A DNA stretch of 51,935 nucleotides from a virus (Duplodnaviria; Caudoviricetes), in the IMG/VR virus record IMGVR_UViG_3300024344_000021, positions 1-51,935 of that record; one strand, 5' to 3'. A program made the translations under genes and the position numbers. Shown here piece after piece: positions 1 to 8,487 of the stretch (positions are counted from its first letter, which is position 1; the number at the start of each line of letters is the position of its first letter). Under the pieces are notes generated by a model that did no database searches, was not told the DNA's origin, and saw only the letters and a list, made by a program, of their open reading frames with translations.

Positions 1-624
1 GAAACTGGTTAAGATTAGTGTTTAGACCGCCTTGACATGATAAACCAAATGCTTGCATAGTTAATCAAACCTAACTCTGTCATCAGAAATAAATGTTGGA
101 ACAGTCCCTATTAAATTTTCCCTCATACTTTTTAATCCTTTTCTATAATCTTCTAAGGCAAAAGCAGCCATTTGAGGGTTGTCTTTAAATTGATGTGTGT
201 AATATCTAGCTTTAGATAATATTACTGTTTTATATAAATCAGGAAAAACTATAGCATCACTATGTGCAGATAGTTGTGTAGGAAGGTCATAAGCAAAAAA
301 CCAAACCTTATAAACTTTATCGGGTATAGGACTTAATCCAAACTTTCTAGAATCTGGACTTCTAATAACAAGATTAGGTTCTCCTCCTACTGCTTGATCA
401 GCATCATCAGCATTTTCTCTAGCCCTTCTAAAGTCTTTCCATTTTTCTATAGTTACAAATCTTAAATTTTTAGAAACGTAAGGTGCTGATTGACCACTTA
501 CACCCACTGTAGTTAAATAAAAATTATCCCAATCTATAGAGCCATAGTCATTTATTATAGATGAACTAGCAGCTTTTAATTCATACCATCTTGTACCTGC
601 TACAGTATCTACTGATACATTACC
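1..624. repeat. Terminal overlap copy 1 (circular permutation/assembly overlap)
   Basis: 1-624 matches 51312-51935 with about 18 substitutions (manual count) and no indels. Confidence 0.95.
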
Positions 625-831
625 ATACATAGGATCGGTAGCACCGCTTTCACCTGTAGCTAAAAAAGGCCACTGAGGTTCTTCATTAACTATATCTAAG
701 TATGATCTATTAATACAATCTTTAGCGTGTGCTTGAATACCTACAGCACTAGAAAAAGTTGAGGAAGTTAATACTACTTCATTTAACTCCCTTAATAGTT
801 CATTTGTTAATTCTAAAAATGTAGTAGCCAT
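61..831 (-). CDS. Tail tubular protein A / head-tail adaptor
   Basis: 256 aa; N-terminal 'TFLELTNELLRELNE', 'EPQWPF'; located between capsid gene and (across the junction) the tail tubular B gene. Confidence 0.7.
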   Translation of the reverse strand: MATTFLELTNELLRELNEVVLTSSTFSSAVGIQAHAKDCINRSYLDIVNEEPQWPFLATGESGATDPMYGNVSVDTVAGTRWYELKAASSSIINDYGSIDWDNFYLTTVGVSGQSAPYVSKNLRFVTIEKWKDFRRARENADDADQAVGGEPNLVIRSPDSRKFGLSPIPDKVYKVWFFAYDLPTQLSAHSDAIVFPDLYKTVILSKARYYTHQFKDNPQMAAFALEDYRKGLKSMRENLIGTVPTFISDDRVRFD

Positions 832-833
832 AA

Positions 834-1004
834 TTATTTTTTAAGCTCTTTATGATTTACGGGATTATTAGGATTTCTAAAAACACGATCATAATTATCA
901 TCGTATTTCTTTTTATCCTCACCTTTCATATAGGCAGCACGAATTTTAACTTTACCATTAACATTAAATCGCACTGGATTTTTTTCACTTCCTATTTGTG
1001 GCAT
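834..1004 (-). CDS. Hypothetical protein, 56 aa (MPQIGSEKNPVRFNVNGK...YDDNYDRVF...)
   Basis: Manually translated; AAGGA RBS upstream; fills the gap between pqqA and the adaptor gene. Confidence 0.7.
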   Translation of the reverse strand: MPQIGSEKNPVRFNVNGKVKIRAAYMKGEDKKKYDDNYDRVFRNPNNPVNHKELKK

Positions 1005-1015
1005 ACTATATTTCC

Positions 1016-1087
1016 TTATCTATTGCTGTAATACATTGTGATTTCAAAACCAAGTCTAACATTTTCATAAGTAGGTTTAGTCCACAT
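1016..1087 (-). CDS. pqqA: Pyrroloquinoline quinone precursor peptide PqqA ([23 protein letters not shown])
   Basis: 23 aa with the PqqA signature W-x-K-P...R-L-G-F-E-x-T-x-Y (E-x3-Y core); GGAGGT RBS upstream; below the ORF-track length cutoff. Confidence 0.92.
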   Translation of the reverse strand: MWTKPTYENVRLGFEITMYYSNR

Positions 1088-1104
1088 AATAATTACCTCC
1101 AATA

Positions 1105-1135
1105 AAATTAAAGGGGGCATATTTCAGCCCCCCGT
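1105..1135 (-). terminator. Intrinsic terminator after major capsid gene
   Basis: Minus strand GGGGGC-TGAAATAT-GCCCCC followed by TTTAATTTT. Confidence 0.75.
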
Positions 1136-1140
1136 AATAT

Positions 1141-2130
1141 TTAGTCAATGCCGTAGAACGCAGAAACTAATGCCTCTGGACGTAGTACTTTAGCTCCATA
1201 TACATGAAGACCTCGTACTATATCACCAAAGCTATCAGGATCACGAATTACTTCAGTACTAGTAATAGTCTGAGCAGTTGCCGTAGATGACATATGACCT
1301 GCAATACACTTACCTGCTGCATTAGAGGTAGAAGCAATATTGTTAGTCTTGTACATATCAAATCCACGCAACTTACCAGTTGATACTAGTCCGTTACGGA
1401 TTGAACCTTGACCTGCGTTGTAATCAACAGACAGAAGTTTTGAACTGCTTTGTACAAGCTGCTCATAAAACTCTGGGTTTGCTGCGAACCAACGACCTTC
1501 TTCTGGAACATTTTGCTCATCAAGAAGACGAGCCATGTGTGAAAGAACGTCAATAGGATCATGCTCACCAGAAGCAAAACCTATGTCTAGATTACCAGTA
1601 CCATCAAAAGTACCTGCTGCTAGATCAGTTGCGTTGTCAGAACCTAAAATGTGATTAGGGCTAGAAGCTGATACACCTGCAAACATTACTGCAAGTACAC
1701 CTTGATCAAACGCATCTTTAATTGAATAAGCTGCTGAAGATGCAGCAACGTCACGAAAGTTAACGTGTGACATATTAGTTTCAATATCATCTACGATAAA
1801 CTTAAATGCGTTTGCTGTATCAACAACCAAATTAACTTCTTGGTCTGTCAACTTAGTCGCAGTTACGTCTTGTCCCCTTTCATACTGATAAACAGTAATT
1901 TCAGGTTCTTTGATAATTCTTACAGAATCACCGTATGCCGCAATCTCTCCCGCATAATCTGTATTAGTAATTGCTTCTACTACAGATGATTTTCTAAAAA
2001 AGTTTAAAACAGTTTTAGAATAAATTGCAGGTAAGAAATACGAGTTTGTTTGACCCGATACGGAATTTGCAAAGTTTGCATTAGTATCCGTAGACGGTTC
2101 AAAATATTGGTCAGATTGATTATAAGCCAT
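1141..2130 (-). CDS. Major capsid protein (HK97 fold)
   Basis: 329 aa; 'FLPAIYSKTVL', 'ITNTDYAGEI', C-terminal 'RDPDSFGDIVRGLHVYGAKVLRPE'; downstream of scaffold, followed by terminator. Confidence 0.9.
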   Translation of the reverse strand: MAYNQSDQYFEPSTDTNANFANSVSGQTNSYFLPAIYSKTVLNFFRKSSVVEAITNTDYAGEIAAYGDSVRIIKEPEITVYQYERGQDVTATKLTDQEVNLVVDTANAFKFIVDDIETNMSHVNFRDVAASSAAYSIKDAFDQGVLAVMFAGVSASSPNHILGSDNATDLAAGTFDGTGNLDIGFASGEHDPIDVLSHMARLLDEQNVPEEGRWFAANPEFYEQLVQSSSKLLSVDYNAGQGSIRNGLVSTGKLRGFDMYKTNNIASTSNAAGKCIAGHMSSTATAQTITSTEVIRDPDSFGDIVRGLHVYGAKVLRPEALVSAFYGID

Positions 2131-2150
2131 TGTAATATCCTCTCAAAAAC

Positions 2151-3005
2151 TTATTTAGCTATTCTGCCTTCTGCCAACGCTTGTTTGATTTCGTCTTCAT
2201 ACTTATCAAACTGGTCAATAGACATCTTAGCAATTTCACTTTCTGTCCAAACTTTAGGAGCTTTCGCATCCACCGCTGTAGTTTTTGTAGACACCATATC
2301 GGCAGCAGACCTATTCTCCTGTTGCTTGGACTGCCTCTTTTGTGGTGGCTGATTTATTCCCTTTTCCATTTTGTAAAGGTCAATAGCGCGACTAGCTAAA
2401 GTAGCATCACTGTTATTAGCATAAACCCATTTTTGTATATCTTCAGGTTGTTCTTTAGCCCATTCGTGAAAAGCATCATCACCCCGTATATCTTCAAAAT
2501 CTGGATGACGTTCCCTAAGAACTGTTTCAGCTTCTCGTTTCATAATGTCAGCTTCCCGTTCTTGCAAAGCTGTAAGTTGCTGTCTTAGTTCTTCAGTTTG
2601 ATTTTCACTTTGTAAATGAGCTACAGTTTCAACTGTCTCATACAAGTCTGGATTTTTTGCTTTGAACTGCTCTAGTTCTTCTAAAGTTTTAGGAGCCTGA
2701 TACTTAGGTGCTTTTTCAGCAGCCTCCGCAAGAAGCTCTTGTTCCTTTTGTTTAAACTCAGCAATTCTATTGTCGTAATGTTTCTTTAGATCATCATACC
2801 TTTTCTTATAATTTACATCCTTAGAATTTTTAGCAGGGGGCGTTTCTGATTCCTCAGAAGGCGTAGCCTGTTCTTCTTTAGGTCGTGCATAGAATAATCC
2901 ATCGGCATCACCCATTGATGGTTTATCAGGAGTGTGCCAATCTTTCTTTGCATTATAAGGGTTAGGTGCTTTTTCCTCCACAGGATTAGTTTGTGTTTCA
3001 GCCAT
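2151..3005 (-). CDS. Capsid scaffolding protein
   Basis: 284 aa, coiled-coil, 'YKKRYDDLKKH', 'HPDF', C-terminal 'EIKQALAEGRI'; directly upstream of MCP. Confidence 0.8.
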   Translation of the reverse strand: MAETQTNPVEEKAPNPYNAKKDWHTPDKPSMGDADGLFYARPKEEQATPSEESETPPAKNSKDVNYKKRYDDLKKHYDNRIAEFKQKEQELLAEAAEKAPKYQAPKTLEELEQFKAKNPDLYETVETVAHLQSENQTEELRQQLTALQEREADIMKREAETVLRERHPDFEDIRGDDAFHEWAKEQPEDIQKWVYANNSDATLASRAIDLYKMEKGINQPPQKRQSKQQENRSAADMVSTKTTAVDAKAPKVWTESEIAKMSIDQFDKYEDEIKQALAEGRIAK

Positions 3006-3017
3006 AATACTTCCTCC

Positions 3018-3106
3018 ACGGGGCTTGTAAGTTTTAAAAGGTAGCCATTACAATAAATTATTTGTACGGATAATTTATAATGGTGCTTTTACTTCAAGGT
3101 AGCCGT
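3018..3106 (-). promoter_or_regulatory. Candidate symmetric cis-regulatory RNA in scaffold 5' leader
   Basis: ACGG-CTACCTT..AAGCA-CCATTATAAATTAT-loop-ATAATTTATTGTAATGG-CTACCTT..AAGCC-CCGT, directly followed by GGAGG RBS. Confidence 0.55.
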
Positions 3107-4227
3107 TATCGTTGTCTAACATTTAGGCTAGGCATTTGATTAGAAGACATCATTACTTTATTCATGTCATCTTCTAAATCAGTTTCCTCGCCCTTCCTCA
3201 TTAAACCACCATCATAAGCACGTTCAGCTTCATCCATCATACGTTGAAGTCTGTCTGCACCTATTTGATCAGTGGCCTTTCTAGTCATCACAAATTCACC
3301 GTCAGATAATCTGGCAGGTATTGAATCTGAGACTCCCGTTCCCGGCCCTTCAACTTCTCCAGAGCCAGTAAACTCAGAAGCCGTTCCTACAACTTTGTCA
3401 AATATCATACTGAGTTGAGGATCGCCTTCTAAAGCGTTCATTAAATATGTTTGTTCTTCAGGCTGTAAAGCTTCGTTTAATACATAATCAATAAACTCAT
3501 CTTCCATTTGTTCATCTGGAAGTTGTGAAGCTTCTACTGCTGCCATTTCTTCCGGTGGTATATTAGGGTAAGTATCTACTGGAACTTCACCACCCTCTTG
3601 AAATACATCACGGCCTTTAAGAATATCAGCCTGTGTTACTTTTCCATCACCTGTTAAGTCTGGAAACTTACCACCTTCTGCCATCTCTTCTCTATTTACA
3701 GGAAGATCAGCAGTATAAGTTCTACCTTCAAATTCAAAAGTATCTGCTCTTGCTTCTCTTGCTTGTCTAAAAGCATCTTGAAAAGCATTAGCAGAATCAG
3801 TACCTCTTTCATAGGTAGGAAAATCATCAGGGTTAATTCTTTCATCTGGATTTTTTATTTCTACATCTATCTCACCTGCATCAGCAGCTTCAATAATTGT
3901 TTGACCTTTATCAGAATTAGCAGCATATCCAAGTCCTCCTGCTACTACTACTGCTCCTGTCATGTCTTGTGCATAAGCAGCCTGTTTCCTAGTCATAGGT
4001 CTAGTAGCTCTTTGATCAGCAGATAAAGGTTTTAATATTTTTTTAAGAAGTTGAACTAAGGCTCCGGCAGCATAACCCTCTCTTTCAGGAGGAACCATCA
4101 TACCCCCACCCATTTTCTTTTCTTTATCAGGTGCGGATACTGCTACAGTTACAGCAACATCAGGAGCAGCTAGTAAGGCTTCTTTTCTTTTTCTACGTTG
4201 TCTATTTCTTTTAGATTTACTAGCCAT
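3106..4227 (-). CDS. Putative virion protein with xxxGG motifs, EF-hand-like loop and 'GPGTGVSDSIPARLSDGEFV' domain
   Basis: 373 aa; DLTGDGKVTQAD loop; SDSIPARLSDGEFV motif typical of phage tape-measure/internal proteins. Confidence 0.6.
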   Translation of the reverse strand: MASKSKRNRQRRKRKEALLAAPDVAVTVAVSAPDKEKKMGGGMMVPPEREGYAAGALVQLLKKILKPLSADQRATRPMTRKQAAYAQDMTGAVVVAGGLGYAANSDKGQTIIEAADAGEIDVEIKNPDERINPDDFPTYERGTDSANAFQDAFRQAREARADTFEFEGRTYTADLPVNREEMAEGGKFPDLTGDGKVTQADILKGRDVFQEGGEVPVDTYPNIPPEEMAAVEASQLPDEQMEDEFIDYVLNEALQPEEQTYLMNALEGDPQLSMIFDKVVGTASEFTGSGEVEGPGTGVSDSIPARLSDGEFVMTRKATDQIGADRLQRMMDEAERAYDGGLMRKGEETDLEDDMNKVMMSSNQMPSLNVRQR

Positions 4228-4377
4228 TTATTTCCCCTTATGAACTTTCTGCACATCAAAGCTTGCATTTAATGTAGCACCTTTATGTGGCTTAAACTTA
4301 CCAGTATGTTTCATAAGTTTATAGCCACCATTTTTTTGTTTCATCCAATGGTATCCTGCGGGAGCTTTAACTTTCAT
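4228..4377 (-). CDS. Small basic protein, 49 aa (MKVKAPAGYHWMKQ...)
   Basis: Manual translation; stop abuts next start codon. Confidence 0.7.
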   Translation of the reverse strand: MKVKAPAGYHWMKQKNGGYKLMKHTGKFKPHKGATLNASFDVQKVHKGK

Positions 4378-4594
4378 CTTTTGTAAAATCTCTTAGTTTT
4401 AATAAGTCAGTTGCAATTTTATACTTTTCTTCTACTGCTGCTACTTCTGCTATTAGTTTATCTACTTCACCTATTAAGTCAGGATGTTCTGGAACACCTG
4501 TAGCATTAGTTAGATAATTTTCTATATTAACAGCAAGTACTTCTAACTCTGCTGAGTACTTAGAAGCTAAAGCATTAAGTATTAAATCTTTCAT
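4367..4594 (-). CDS. Hypothetical phage protein ('GVPEHPDL' family)
   Basis: 75 aa ORF coupled with neighbours. Confidence 0.7.
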   Translation of the reverse strand: MKDLILNALASKYSAELEVLAVNIENYLTNATGVPEHPDLIGEVDKLIAEVAAVEEKYKIATDLLKLRDFTKDES

Positions 4595-4836
4595 TTTTTT
4601 CTATACTTCCTTGTTTTCTTTGCAATACGTTTGGGTTGTTTTGAGTGTTGCTTTCCTTTTGCAGTATCTTCTCTTTTCTTTCTTGTTGTAGCAGCGTACT
4701 CTTTAGCAGATAAAGACTTTATAGCTTTTTCTGGTAAATATCTTTCACCTGTTTTAGCACTAGGTTTCCCAGACTTAGTACGCCACTTTTGTTTAGTCCA
4801 AGATTTAAGACTTTTTTGTGATTTCTTTAATGCCAT
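4591..4836 (-). CDS. Basic protein, DUF5872-like C-terminal half
   Basis: 'SLKSWTKQKWRT...TGERYLP...KGKQ' motif. Confidence 0.6.
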   Translation of the reverse strand: MALKKSQKSLKSWTKQKWRTKSGKPSAKTGERYLPEKAIKSLSAKEYAATTRKKREDTAKGKQHSKQPKRIAKKTRKYRKK

Positions 4837-4838
4837 AA

Positions 4839-4994
4839 CTAATTAGGTTTAGCAACCTCACCACCCATTGAGTACTTCATTTTGCCACCACCCATCATTT
4901 TCTTTTTATTCATACCACCCATCATCATACCTTTTTTCTTTTTATTCATACCGCCCATCATTTTCTTTTTTCTATCACCATAGTGCTTTGGCAT
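4839..4994 (-). CDS. Lys/Met/Gly-rich peptide, 51 aa (MPKHYGDRKKKMMGGMNKKKKGMMMGGMNKKKMMGGGKMKYSMGGEVAKPN)
   Basis: Manual translation; GAGGA RBS; exactly fills the gap between adjacent genes. Confidence 0.75.
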   Translation of the reverse strand: MPKHYGDRKKKMMGGMNKKKKGMMMGGMNKKKMMGGGKMKYSMGGEVAKPN

Positions 4995-4996
4995 AG

Positions 4997-5299
4997 TTAT
5001 GTCCTCTTAGATTTAGATTTATGTTTATTGCGTAAAACTTCTTTACCTCTTTTAGCTATAGCAGCTTGTTGATTTTTTCCTGCTACTTTAGCTCTTTGTT
5101 CTAATACTGTTAATATTTGTATTTTTCTAGCAAAAGGTTTATTTATATTTTTAACTTTTTTAACAGTATCTCTTGCATCTTGAACTGTAGCATATTTTAT
5201 ACGAACAGTGTCTTTAGGATTTTCATCCGTGTATAAACGTCTTCCAGACCCTTTAGGTTTTTTACCTGTACCTACTTTGGGGTCTTTCTTCTTAGCCAT
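4997..5299 (-). CDS. Basic hypothetical protein ('RRLYTDENPKDT')
   Basis: 100 aa ORF in the late operon. Confidence 0.7.
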   Translation of the reverse strand: MAKKKDPKVGTGKKPKGSGRRLYTDENPKDTVRIKYATVQDARDTVKKVKNINKPFARKIQILTVLEQRAKVAGKNQQAAIAKRGKEVLRNKHKSKSKRT

Positions 5300-5499
5300 T
5301 ATTTATATCCACCGCCTTTTGCTTTGTACTCTTTAGCTAACATTTGAGCTTTTCGAGCACTCCATTGTCCGGGCTTACCACCCTTTGAACCTGCTTTAAT
5401 TCTATTAAATAAATTTTTACGCATTGTAGGTTTGGTATAATTACCTGCTTCATTTACTCTCGATGTTTTTTTCTTGGTTGACTTTTTCTTTGTTGCCAT
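5299..5499 (-). CDS. Basic protein, DUF5872-like N-terminal half
   Basis: 'KGGKPGQWSARKAQMLAKEYKAKGGGYK' motif. Confidence 0.65.
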   Translation of the reverse strand: MATKKKSTKKKTSRVNEAGNYTKPTMRKNLFNRIKAGSKGGKPGQWSARKAQMLAKEYKAKGGGYK

Positions 5500-5570
5500 T
5501 ATACCATTCCTCTTTTATCCATTCATTATAACATATAAATTTTCTTTGAGGATAAGACCAATACTTTCCT

Positions 5571-5804
5571 TCATAGCGAGGAGTCTCTTCCTCTAGCTTC
5601 ACTAATTTCATCCTTCAACTGCTCTAGGCGTTCCAGAGAATTGATCTTCCCCTGACTGCGGTACATTTCCAGTTCCGATGTTGCCCCCACCAGTACCCGT
5701 AACTCCAATGTCTTGAGGTTGTTCAGGTGTTGCTTCAGGGCTTCCCATAACTCCTTGTTGTTCGTTAGGAGTGAGAGGCGTTTCGCCAGTTGCTTGTCCA
5801 ACAT
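5571..5804 (-). CDS. Small post-portal protein, overprinted on the portal 3' end
   Basis: 77 aa helical ORF with 'EMYRSQGKINSLERLEQLKDE', resembling small proteins usually found after podovirus portals. Confidence 0.65.
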   Translation of the reverse strand: MLDKQLAKRLSLLTNNKELWEALKQHLNNLKTLELRVLVGATSELEMYRSQGKINSLERLEQLKDEISEARGRDSSL

Positions 5805-7797
5805 TATTTTGCATCCCTATAATTTGAGCCATAATAGCTGCTTCTTCTGGATCATTGAGTATTTCATCAGGATCAAGATCAAGCGAGTATGCAAGCTCTC
5901 CAATGAGTTTATTAATCTTAACAAACGGAGCAATAGCAGGATTCTGTACACTTTGAAGAAAAGTAGTAAGCCTCTGGCTTCGTACTTCCTTTTGCATAAG
6001 ACTTGCTGTACCAGTAGCCTTAACTTCTAAATCTCCTTCTACGCCCAACTTACTTTCTAAGAATTGCATATTCCATTGAAAGTACGCCTCACCTAACGGC
6101 TTTAAAAGAAAGTCATCAAGATTTTTAATAACAGTCTTTATGTTTAGTGAAGCTGCTCCAAGTAACATCGACATACCTGATGCTGTTCTTGTCATGCTTT
6201 GAACACCTGTTTGTCCATGAGAGTAACTAGGTATTCCTGTTTGTTCGTCTGCAAGTTGTCTAAACTTATCAAACATCATCATGTTTTCTGTAGATGTATT
6301 AGGAAACTTTAAACCATTTATAGCTGTACCCGGAACTCCTGCTTGTCTGCGAAATACTTTGCCCGGATATATTTCCATGCTTTGTCCACCTACAAGGGCA
6401 GTTTCATCTACATCAAATACTAGTGATCCTGATAGTGCTAGATTATCTATTGCCATACGAGCATGACCATTCATAATCTTTTGAGAGTCATCCATGTTTT
6501 CAGCAACACCAATACCAAAAAAACTATAAGGATTCTTTTCATAAGAAAAAGCATGGTAAGGAATACGGTGTGGCGTAAATGGATTTACAACTGCTCTTAG
6601 TACTTTACCATTTGAAATCCAAGCATTAATTTGAACTTCGTCTAAATCATCTACATCATCACTTAATTCCATACCTACTTCTCTAGCGTATTGAGCATCC
6701 ATAATGCCCCAATATTCTAGTACTTCATACTTAGCAGAACCCATGTCAGACATTCTATTATCGTCTTTTAGTTCATACTCATAATCTTTTTCTTCGTAGC
6801 TTGGCCCCATTTCAAGGCACATTCTTATTTGATCTTTATTAAAATAAGGAAGCTTAGATAAACTTCTAAATTGTGAACGATTAAGTTTATGTCTATGAAT
6901 TACATATTCACATTCATCTATGCTAGTTGCATTAGGGTCTGGAAAAAAATCCCATATACTTACAAACTCAATTCGAGGTACACGAACTTGAACAGGATTA
7001 TAAGTACGATCTCCATCTTCATTAGTCCATCTATTTAATGTTTTATTAAAATTAAATGGGCCTTTAACAATTCCTGTTCCAAATAAAGATGCTTCAAACA
7101 AAGAACTTCTTATTTCACTAGCACCATTAGATTCTTCTATTTGATCATGGATTAACTTTTCCATGCGTCTTGCTGCTTTTTGTGCAGGTTTTATTTCTGG
7201 AAGTTGTGGATTTGCAGAAGCTCCTTCAGTTAAGGAGTCTTGAGCTTTTTTATCTAAGTATCCTTCAAACTTACCAGAGCCATAAGTAGCTCCGGGTTTT
7301 AAAGTTTTACCATCTCCTTCATAACCTACATCATAAGGATTTTCTAATTCTTCATCACCTTCGTCACCCATGCTAGTTTCAATTCCCGGCACAGGATTAT
7401 TAGTATCTAGATGTGCAATTTCTGGAATACCTTCTGGTATTTTAGTTTCTGACACACCTATAGGAAACTTATTGCCTCCAAAGATAACATCTACTAATTG
7501 ACCAAAAGCTGCAAGAACTTTTGTTTTAGTAACTTTTACAAATACTCTAGATTTTTCTGATTCTCTAAACTTTACATTTTTAGGATATAGCCCACGATAA
7601 TTATGGTAGGCTGTCATCCATCTATTTTCATCAGCATCTCTAGCTAACTCAGCAGAAGTAAATCTGTCTTGTATAAGTCCAGCAAGTTTATTATTTAAAT
7701 CTTCTTCAAGATTTAAGTTCATACCTTCTTCATCATCTACTGATTCAAAGTAAAGACCATCAGCATTTTGTATTAAAGTATTTTCTTCTTCAGCCAT
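5608..7797 (-). CDS. Portal protein
   Basis: 729 aa; 'SRVFVKVTKTKVLAAFGQ', 'WDFFPDPNA', 'FFGIGVAENM', 'RTASGMSML'; downstream of terminase. Confidence 0.9.
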   Translation of the reverse strand: MAEEENTLIQNADGLYFESVDDEEGMNLNLEEDLNNKLAGLIQDRFTSAELARDADENRWMTAYHNYRGLYPKNVKFRESEKSRVFVKVTKTKVLAAFGQLVDVIFGGNKFPIGVSETKIPEGIPEIAHLDTNNPVPGIETSMGDEGDEELENPYDVGYEGDGKTLKPGATYGSGKFEGYLDKKAQDSLTEGASANPQLPEIKPAQKAARRMEKLIHDQIEESNGASEIRSSLFEASLFGTGIVKGPFNFNKTLNRWTNEDGDRTYNPVQVRVPRIEFVSIWDFFPDPNATSIDECEYVIHRHKLNRSQFRSLSKLPYFNKDQIRMCLEMGPSYEEKDYEYELKDDNRMSDMGSAKYEVLEYWGIMDAQYAREVGMELSDDVDDLDEVQINAWISNGKVLRAVVNPFTPHRIPYHAFSYEKNPYSFFGIGVAENMDDSQKIMNGHARMAIDNLALSGSLVFDVDETALVGGQSMEIYPGKVFRRQAGVPGTAINGLKFPNTSTENMMMFDKFRQLADEQTGIPSYSHGQTGVQSMTRTASGMSMLLGAASLNIKTVIKNLDDFLLKPLGEAYFQWNMQFLESKLGVEGDLEVKATGTASLMQKEVRSQRLTTFLQSVQNPAIAPFVKINKLIGELAYSLDLDPDEILNDPEEAAIMAQIIGMQNNVGQATGETPLTPNEQQGVMGSPEATPEQPQDIGVTGTGGGNIGTGNVPQSGEDQFSGTPRAVEG

Positions 7798-7812
7798 ATT
7801 AAAACCTTAAAC

Positions 7813-7847
7813 AACCACGAACGCCACCAAAGGCAGCGTCCATGATT
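7813..7847 (-). other. G-U-rich 16-bp RNA hairpin upstream of portal (processing site or terminator)
   Basis: AATCATGGACGCTGCC-TTT-GGTGGCGTTCGTGGTT pairs fully only on the minus strand, using 5 G-U pairs. Confidence 0.55.
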
Positions 7848-7860
7848 AAACAGTTATGAT

Positions 7861-8451
7861 CTATTGATCAGGTGTTGTACCCATGTGTAAGAACTGAACT
7901 AAGTAAGTCACAGTCGTTGCTGCCGTAGCAAGATCATTTGCTAATGGCGTAAGACGAGCATGAAGTGTTCTTGCACTAGCTGTATACAAAGTACCTGCTA
8001 TAACAATAGCTTCACTTGTAGCAGGGCCACCAACCACACCTGCTGTAGTAGATGTACTTACAAATTGGTTTGCTGCATGACCATGTGAGTTTTGAATAAT
8101 ATACAAAGGTGCATTAGCTGTCCAAGTTACTGCTGAACCACCATCATCTAAGATAGCTTTTTGATCAATAATTTGACCACCACCTGCTGAAGTACCTAAA
8201 TCAAAATCAACATCATCACCTGAAGCTCCTGCTGTAACAATGTTACCTGCCGGAATAGCAATAAGGTTACGAATAATTGTATCGGCAGGTTGTGTAAAAC
8301 TAACATCAGTATTTGTGTCAGCTGTAACTGCAATAGTTCCTGTAGTTACAGAAGTCCAAGAATGTACCATATTCTCAGCCATCTCTCTTACATCACCTGT
8401 TCTAGCAGAGTTTCTGCCTGTATCTCTAACATTATATACTGGATTTGCCAT
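7861..8451 (-). CDS. Putative capsid decoration/minor structural protein
   Basis: 196 aa Ala/Thr/Gly-rich beta-type sequence between terminase and portal. Confidence 0.5.
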   Translation of the reverse strand: MANPVYNVRDTGRNSARTGDVREMAENMVHSWTSVTTGTIAVTADTNTDVSFTQPADTIIRNLIAIPAGNIVTAGASGDDVDFDLGTSAGGGQIIDQKAILDDGGSAVTWTANAPLYIIQNSHGHAANQFVSTSTTAGVVGGPATSEAIVIAGTLYTASARTLHARLTPLANDLATAATTVTYLVQFLHMGTTPDQ

Positions 8452-8487
8452 TGGTTATTTCCTCGCTTGAGTTATAAAATTATTTTA

